Shown here: positions 58,471-63,561 of the stretch, in pieces
Layout of the letters: each line of letters starts with the position of its first letter
Position numbering within the stretch: position 1 is the stretch's first letter
Assembly: GCA_020027805.1 (NCBI GenBank)
Contig: JAHKKQ010000001.1
Coordinates: 1 to 63,561 of the forward strand
DNA from: Candidatus Dadabacteria bacterium
GTDB lineage: Bacteria > Desulfobacterota_D > UBA1144 > Nemesobacterales > UBA2774
DNA: 63,561 bases
Reading direction: 5' to 3'
Program-made: the position numbers and the translations under genes
The notes under the pieces: model-generated
What the model was told of the DNA's origin: nothing
The model's input: only the letters and a program-made list of their open reading frames with translations
Database searches by the model: none

Positions 58471-58877
58471 GGATCCTCGAGTCGGTTCACGGCGGGATTA
58501 TAAAGCACGCAGAGTCGGGCTTCCCCCATGAGGTCTGCGGGGTGCTTATAGGGGCTGACGGCATGATCACGCATTATAGAGAATGCCGGAACCTCAACAC
58601 CGAAAGGGCCCGCGACAGGTATGACCTCGACCCCGTATCGTTTAAGGAGGCCGACGAATGGGCGAGGGGGAGCGGCCTCGAGATAGTGGGCATATACCAC
58701 TCGCACCCCGACCACCCGTCAATCGCCTCCGAAACGGACAGGCAGAGGGCGTGGCCCGAATGGGTATACATGATTTTCTCTATAAACGCCGGTACATATA
58801 ACGACACCCGGGCCTGGGTGCTCGAGGATTTCGATTCCGGGTTTATTGAAGACGCAGTAGAATTAGTTGAGGGCTGA
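58464..58877 (+). CDS. JAMM/MPN+ metalloprotease (Mec+/Prok-JAB type)
   Basis: 137 aa. E..CG (HEVCGVLIG) and the JAMM motif HSHPDHPSIASETD. Confidence 0.85.
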   Translation: MVRILESVHGGIIKHAESGFPHEVCGVLIGADGMITHYRECRNLNTERARDRYDLDPVSFKEADEWARGSGLEIVGIYHSHPDHPSIASETDRQRAWPEWVYMIFSINAGTYNDTRAWVLEDFDSGFIEDAVELVEG

Positions 58878-59706
58878 GAGGAAAGTGCGGTTAACGGAAG
58901 AGCAGATATACAGGTACAGCAGGCACATACTGCTGCCCGAGGTCGGGGGCGCCGGACAGGAGATGCTCCTCAAGTCGAAGGTATTCTGCCTCGGGATCGG
59001 GGGGCTCGGATCGCCCGCAGCTCTTTATCTGGCGGCTGCCGGGGTGGGCACTATAGGCATAGCCGACTCTGACAGGGTGGATATATCGAACCTCCACAGG
59101 CAGGTGCTCCATTACACCGAAGACATAGGCAAACCCAAAACGGAATCGGCCGGTGAGAAGCTCGAAAAGTTAAACCCGGACGTAAGTATCATCCTCCATG
59201 AGGGGCACGTTACAAAGGACAACATACGCGAAATAATAAGGGACTACGATATAGTCGTCGACGGCTCGGATAATTTCCCGACGAGATACCTTGCGAACGA
59301 CGCATGTTATTTCGAGAAGAAGACGCTGGTGTCGGGCGCAATATTCCAGTTCGAAGGACAGGTCGCCGTATTCAAGACACAAGCGGGCGGGGCTTGTTAC
59401 AGGTGCCTCTATCCGGAGCTCCCGCCGAAGGGTATGGTCCCGAGCTGCCAGGAGGCGGGCATACTGGGTGCCGCGGCGGGCACGATAGGCACGATGCAGG
59501 CTCTCGAGACGCTGAAGCAGATACTCGGGATAGGCGAGCCGCTCACGGACCACCTGCTCGTATTCAACGCCCTTAACATGTCGTTCAATTCACTCGCGAT
59601 CAAGAAAGACCCCGGCTGCCGGCTCTGCGGCGCAAGCCCCACGATCCACGGCGTCGAAGAGGTCTCCCAGCCCGACTGCGCGATCGAAGGCTCACCCCTT
59701 TCCTGA
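58867..59706 (+). CDS. ThiF/MoeB-family E1-like adenylyltransferase (no rhodanese domain)
   Basis: 279 aa. RYSRHILLPEVG, GIGGLGSPAALYLAAAGVG, the zinc pairs CYRCLYP and CRLCG, and the catalytic Cys context PSCQEAGILG. Confidence 0.9.
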   Translation: MRAERKVRLTEEQIYRYSRHILLPEVGGAGQEMLLKSKVFCLGIGGLGSPAALYLAAAGVGTIGIADSDRVDISNLHRQVLHYTEDIGKPKTESAGEKLEKLNPDVSIILHEGHVTKDNIREIIRDYDIVVDGSDNFPTRYLANDACYFEKKTLVSGAIFQFEGQVAVFKTQAGGACYRCLYPELPPKGMVPSCQEAGILGAAAGTIGTMQALETLKQILGIGEPLTDHLLVFNALNMSFNSLAIKKDPGCRLCGASPTIHGVEEVSQPDCAIEGSPLS

Positions 59707-59803
59707 CGCCTCTCGAACTTGACAACCCCCCCTCGCTCCCACATACTAAACTCCCGAAAATCCACCTCGCTTATTACGCACACTTAAGTCGGAGAATTCC
59801 TGA

Positions 59804-61267
59804 ATGGATCTGAGCGAAGTTCTTAAAAGCACCCTGCTCATAGGCCCCGAAATCTCTTTAATTGCTGCCGGAATTGTACTCATGGTCCTCGACCCGATAA
59901 CCAGGGGCGAGGTGAAAAAGAACCTTTTCTGGATTGCCCTTGCCGGGCTCGCGGTCGGTTTCATTCTGAATTTAAAGAGGTTCGGCGGCGATACGTCCGC
60001 TTTTTCAGGGGCGCTGTCGCTCGACCAGTTTGCCGCGTACTTCAACGTTATTTTCTTACTAGGCGCAGCAGTCGCAGTCGTTTTCTCAAAGGATTATTTG
60101 ACCGGCTTCATACATTACACGAGCGAATTCTATGCCCTCATACTTTTTTCCACTTCAGGGATGATGATCCTGGCCTCGGCCACGGAATTCATGTCCCTTT
60201 TTCTCGGCTTCGAGATAATGTCCATTTCCGTTTACGTTATGTCGGCCTTTAACAGGAGCTCCCCGCGCTCGACCGAAGCGGGTATCAAGTATCTCGTTCT
60301 GGGCGGTTTCTCCTCGGCGATACTCCTTTACGGGATAGCGCTTCTTTACGGCGCGTCGGGCTCGATTTACCTGAGCGAGATATTCAAAAATTTCGACGTC
60401 GCGAACCCGCTCTTCGTAGCCGGAAGCGCACTCGTGCTCGTGGGATTCCTCTTCAAGATAGGCGCGTTCCCCCTCCACCAGTGGGTGCCCGACGTTTACG
60501 AAGGGGCCCCCATGACGGCTACCGCTTTTATGTCAGTCGGGGTGAAGGCCGCGGCCTTCGCGATTCTGCTGAGGGTGATTTTCGAGGGTTTTTACCAGCT
60601 CCAGGTGAGCATAATGCCCGTCCTCTGGATAGTAGCGATATTCACAATGATAGTCGGCAATATCGCGGCCATAACACAGAAGAGCATAAAACGCATGCTC
60701 GCATACTCGAGCATAGCGCACGCGGGATATGCACTCGTGGGCGTTGTGGCGGCTTACGGCGGGAAGGAGCTCGGCGTCGGGAGCGTTATTTACTACCTCT
60801 TCGCCTACACGTTCATGAACCTGGGGGCATTCGGCGTATTGTCCTACCTCTCCCGCGACGGGCATGAGTGCGAGACGTTCGAGGACATTGCGGGGCTCTG
60901 GGGAAAGCGGCCGTTCCTCGCCCTTGCGCTCGGCGTATTCATGTTCTCGTTAGCCGGCATTCCGCCCACTATAGGCTTCTTCGCAAAGTACAGGGTGTTC
61001 TTATCCGCCGTGCAGGCCGGATTTTACTGGCTCGCCGTAATCGGCATACTGAGCAGCGTAGTCTCCGCCTATTATTATCTGAGAGTGCTTGTGTACGCGT
61101 ACATGAAGGAAGAGACAGTCGCCTTCCCATCATTCAAAATCGCGTCTTCGGTCGCGCTTGTCGTCCTTTCCCTGGGAACGCTCCTCCTGGGCGTGTTCCC
61201 GCTCGATTCCTGGGACCTGGCAATAAAGGCCGCGGGCTCCGTTCTGATGGCGTTTCACGGCGGCTGA
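59804..61267 (+). CDS. nuoN: NADH-quinone oxidoreductase subunit N-like antiporter subunit (orphan)
   Basis: 487 aa with about 14 TMS. LFKIGAFPLHQWVPDVYEGAP and AYSSIAHAGY are typical of NuoN/ND2. Confidence 0.85.
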   Translation: MDLSEVLKSTLLIGPEISLIAAGIVLMVLDPITRGEVKKNLFWIALAGLAVGFILNLKRFGGDTSAFSGALSLDQFAAYFNVIFLLGAAVAVVFSKDYLTGFIHYTSEFYALILFSTSGMMILASATEFMSLFLGFEIMSISVYVMSAFNRSSPRSTEAGIKYLVLGGFSSAILLYGIALLYGASGSIYLSEIFKNFDVANPLFVAGSALVLVGFLFKIGAFPLHQWVPDVYEGAPMTATAFMSVGVKAAAFAILLRVIFEGFYQLQVSIMPVLWIVAIFTMIVGNIAAITQKSIKRMLAYSSIAHAGYALVGVVAAYGGKELGVGSVIYYLFAYTFMNLGAFGVLSYLSRDGHECETFEDIAGLWGKRPFLALALGVFMFSLAGIPPTIGFFAKYRVFLSAVQAGFYWLAVIGILSSVVSAYYYLRVLVYAYMKEETVAFPSFKIASSVALVVLSLGTLLLGVFPLDSWDLAIKAAGSVLMAFHGG

Positions 61268-61449
61268 GCAATTCTAATTTCCTGCTTTTATTAGATAATT
61301 TCCCTTTTCTATCAGTGGTTCCCGCCTGATTATATGAATCCGCGCGCACGTATAGGGCAATTTATTCCTATATTGGCGTAGTTGTAACTTTGAAAATCAA
61401 CAATTTTGATTACTTAAACCGGATATTGTATAATTAGCTTTAAGAATAG

Positions 61450-63561
61450 ATGGCTAAAAGAAAAAGCAGTACCCAACAGGAATCCTCCGACTATATAGTC
61501 CGGGAGATCATAGCCGCACTTTTATTCACGGTCGGGCTATTCTCGGCCCTGAGCCTTGTTTTCTACAGCGGAAAAACAGGCGTCGACGTCAAGGGCGCCA
61601 TGGGTTCCATAGGTGTTTATATATCGGGCATTCTCGGAACGGCATTCGGCGTATGCGCCTTCGTCGTGCCGCTGGTCCTCTTTTATACGTCGGTCGTCGT
61701 TTTCATAAACCGGGCCGGCGGTAACCTCTATAGAAAGACCGCCTCCGCATTCCTCCTCCTTGTTTCCATTATGGTGCTACTGGGGCTCCTCTACCCGAAT
61801 ACCGAGCTTCTCGGCTTCACCCCCGCAGGGGGGTGGGCAGGAGACACTGTGGCCTCTATAATGAGGGACAGCGTCGCCGGGGATATCGGCTCTTACCTCA
61901 TTGTAACCATAGTCCTTCTCGTGAGTTTAATAATAATATCGGGGATTGCCCTCTCGGATTTACTGGGGGCGCTCGGTGGCGTTTCGATGTTTATAGCGGA
62001 GAAATCGTACGCATTATCGAAGTATTTCGTCATTGCGTCCGGGGAATTTTTCGTATATCTAAAAAAATCCCTATCCAAACCGAAGATGCGCGCCGAGGTA
62101 AGGACCGCGCGCGCCAAAGGAAACGGCATCATAAAGCTTAACGGGAAGAAGAAGGCCGAGGACGATATAGACCTTTTCGAGGACGATTTCCGCGAGGAGG
62201 AGGATGAGGAGGAAGAAGACGATGACCTCGAGGACGATAAGCCTGAAATAGTTGTGGAGCAGCCCAAGCTCAAGGGCCTGGAGGATTTCTTCCATAAAAA
62301 AGAAGTAATACATAGAGACTACAAACTCCCCCCTCCCGACCTGCTCGATCCGAAAATGGAATCCGCAGTGGAGATAGACCGGGACGCGGTTTACCAGAAG
62401 GCGAGGCTCATAGAGGAAAAGCTGAGGGACTTCGGCGTTTCGGGTAAGGTCACCGAAATAAGGCCGGGCCCGGTAATCACGATGTTCGAATATAAACCCG
62501 CTCCCGGCATAAAGATTAACAGGATAGCGGCGCTTGAGAATGATCTGGCAATGGGACTCAGCGCCCTCAGTATAAGGATAATAGCCCCGATTCCGGGGAA
62601 GGACGTAATCGGCATAGAGGTCCCTAACGCAAAAAGAGAGACGGTCGTGCTGAGGGAGCTTCTGGAAGACGTGGAGTTTTCCAAGAGGAAGTCCATGCTG
62701 ACGCTCGCCCTCGGCAAGGACATATCGGGTCTTCCTTTTTACATGGACCTGAGGAAGGCCCCCCACCTGATGATAGCCGGTACGACCGGCTCGGGAAAGA
62801 GCGTGCTCCTGAACGCGGTTATCACCAGCATGCTTTACAAAGCGAGCCCTTACGAGCTGAAATTCATAATGATAGACCCGAAGATGCTGGAGCTCTCGGT
62901 CTATGAGGACATCCCTCACCTTCTCCACCCCGTGGTCACCGAGCCGAAAAAGGCGGCTGCCGCCCTCAGGTGGGCTGTGGAGGAGATGGAAAAGAGGTAC
63001 AGGATACTGTCCGAGGAGGGCGTGAGGGACATAGAGACGCACAATAAAAACGTTGAGAAGCTCAAGACTGAAGACAAGTGGGACAAGCTGCTCCCTTACA
63101 TCGTCATCGTGCTCGACGAGCTCGCCGACCTGATGATGATTGCGCCGAATGAATTAAAGGAATCGATTACCAGGCTCTCTCAGAAGGCGCGCGCCGCGGG
63201 TATTCACCTGATAGTCGCGACACAGCGCCCGTCGGCGGATATAGTGGCGGGTCTTATAAAGGCGAATTTCCCGGCCAGGATATCGTTCCTAGTATCGTCG
63301 AAGATCGACTCCCGTATAATTCTCGACACGGGCGGGGCGGAGAGGCTCCTCGGGAAGGGGGACATGCTCTTCCTCGAGCCGGGGACATCGAAGCTCCTAA
63401 GGATACAGGGCGCGTTGATATCGGACGAGGAAAGGGAGGGGATAACCGAGTATATCAAATCCCAGGGTAAGCCCATATACAACGAAGAGATTACGTATAT
63501 AGAGGAATCGGAGGGCGGCGAAGACCTCGAGAGCGAAAAGGACGAGCTCTATTTCGACGCG
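61450..63561 (+). CDS. ftsK: DNA translocase FtsK/SpoIIIE (C-terminus outside the window)
   Basis: ATG 61450. Four N-terminal TM helices, an acidic linker, and a motor domain with Walker A GTTGSGKSV and Walker B IVIVLDELADLM, then IVATQRPS. The frame is open to the right edge, so it is absent from the ORF track. Confidence 0.95.
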   Translation, partial: MAKRKSSTQQESSDYIVREIIAALLFTVGLFSALSLVFYSGKTGVDVKGAMGSIGVYISGILGTAFGVCAFVVPLVLFYTSVVVFINRAGGNLYRKTASAFLLLVSIMVLLGLLYPNTELLGFTPAGGWAGDTVASIMRDSVAGDIGSYLIVTIVLLVSLIIISGIALSDLLGALGGVSMFIAEKSYALSKYFVIASGEFFVYLKKSLSKPKMRAEVRTARAKGNGIIKLNGKKKAEDDIDLFEDDFREEEDEEEEDDDLEDDKPEIVVEQPKLKGLEDFFHKKEVIHRDYKLPPPDLLDPKMESAVEIDRDAVYQKARLIEEKLRDFGVSGKVTEIRPGPVITMFEYKPAPGIKINRIAALENDLAMGLSALSIRIIAPIPGKDVIGIEVPNAKRETVVLRELLEDVEFSKRKSMLTLALGKDISGLPFYMDLRKAPHLMIAGTTGSGKSVLLNAVITSMLYKASPYELKFIMIDPKMLELSVYEDIPHLLHPVVTEPKKAAAALRWAVEEMEKRYRILSEEGVRDIETHNKNVEKLKTEDKWDKLLPYIVIVLDELADLMMIAPNELKESITRLSQKARAAGIHLIVATQRPSADIVAGLIKANFPARISFLVSSKIDSRIILDTGGAERLLGKGDMLFLEPGTSKLLRIQGALISDEEREGITEYIKSQGKPIYNEEITYIEESEGGEDLESEKDELYFDA

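Noticed and set aside
62150-62240. A GAG/GAA/GAC-rich repeat inside ftsK
   Set aside because: It encodes the acidic low-complexity linker (EDDFREEEDEEEEDDDLEDD) between the membrane and motor domains of FtsK. It is not a DNA repeat element.

Overview
63.6-kb chromosomal window from a Gram-negative-type bacterium; the taxon cannot be assigned without a database search. I count about 60 protein genes and 1 tRNA. I found no rRNA, transposase, integrase or CRISPR array. Most of the window is core metabolism and cell biology: acyl-CoA dehydrogenase (partial), ROK glucokinase, tilS, ihfA-pheT, katG/oxyR, NifS-like desulfurase, argC, gap-pgk-fbaB, rluD-pgeF, argG, queA, coaBC, msrB, SCO1, bactofilin plus M23 peptidase, parAB, purSQ, nuoN and ftsK (partial). 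The clearly accessory stretch is about 31.4-40.5 kb. It holds a visibly AT-richer membrane-lipid island: an OlsB-like N-acyltransferase, a PlsC/OlsA-like O-acyltransferase, three glycosyltransferases, a PAP2 phosphatase and an orphan coiled-coil ORF. Three enzymes in this island carry four frame disruptions: one in an A9 tract, one in a C7 tract, one in an (AG)n repeat and one in unique sequence. Next to the island, an ArsA/GET3-like ATPase is divergently paired with an unannotated 48-aa tail-anchored-type mini-protein that has a near-consensus promoter. Other second-look items: a 47-codon relic of a monofunctional catalase just downstream of katG; a long pyruvate-kinase-like gene split by one in-frame TGA; a promoter-plus-terminator-bounded sRNA candidate with a CCUCC-rich (anti-Shine-Dalgarno-like) segment; a TusA-CysM-JAMM-ThiF/MoeB sulfur-carrier cluster with no carrier gene; three tandem alpha/beta hydrolases, one with a CBM48-like domain; two paralogous MarR regulators flanking a QueG/RDH-like Fe-S protein fused to SCP2 and preceding a DHA2 MFS pump; an orphan nuoN; and pheT uncoupled from pheS. 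All calls rest on reading the translations and DNA by eye. No homology search was run, and start codons are best guesses from Shine-Dalgarno context.
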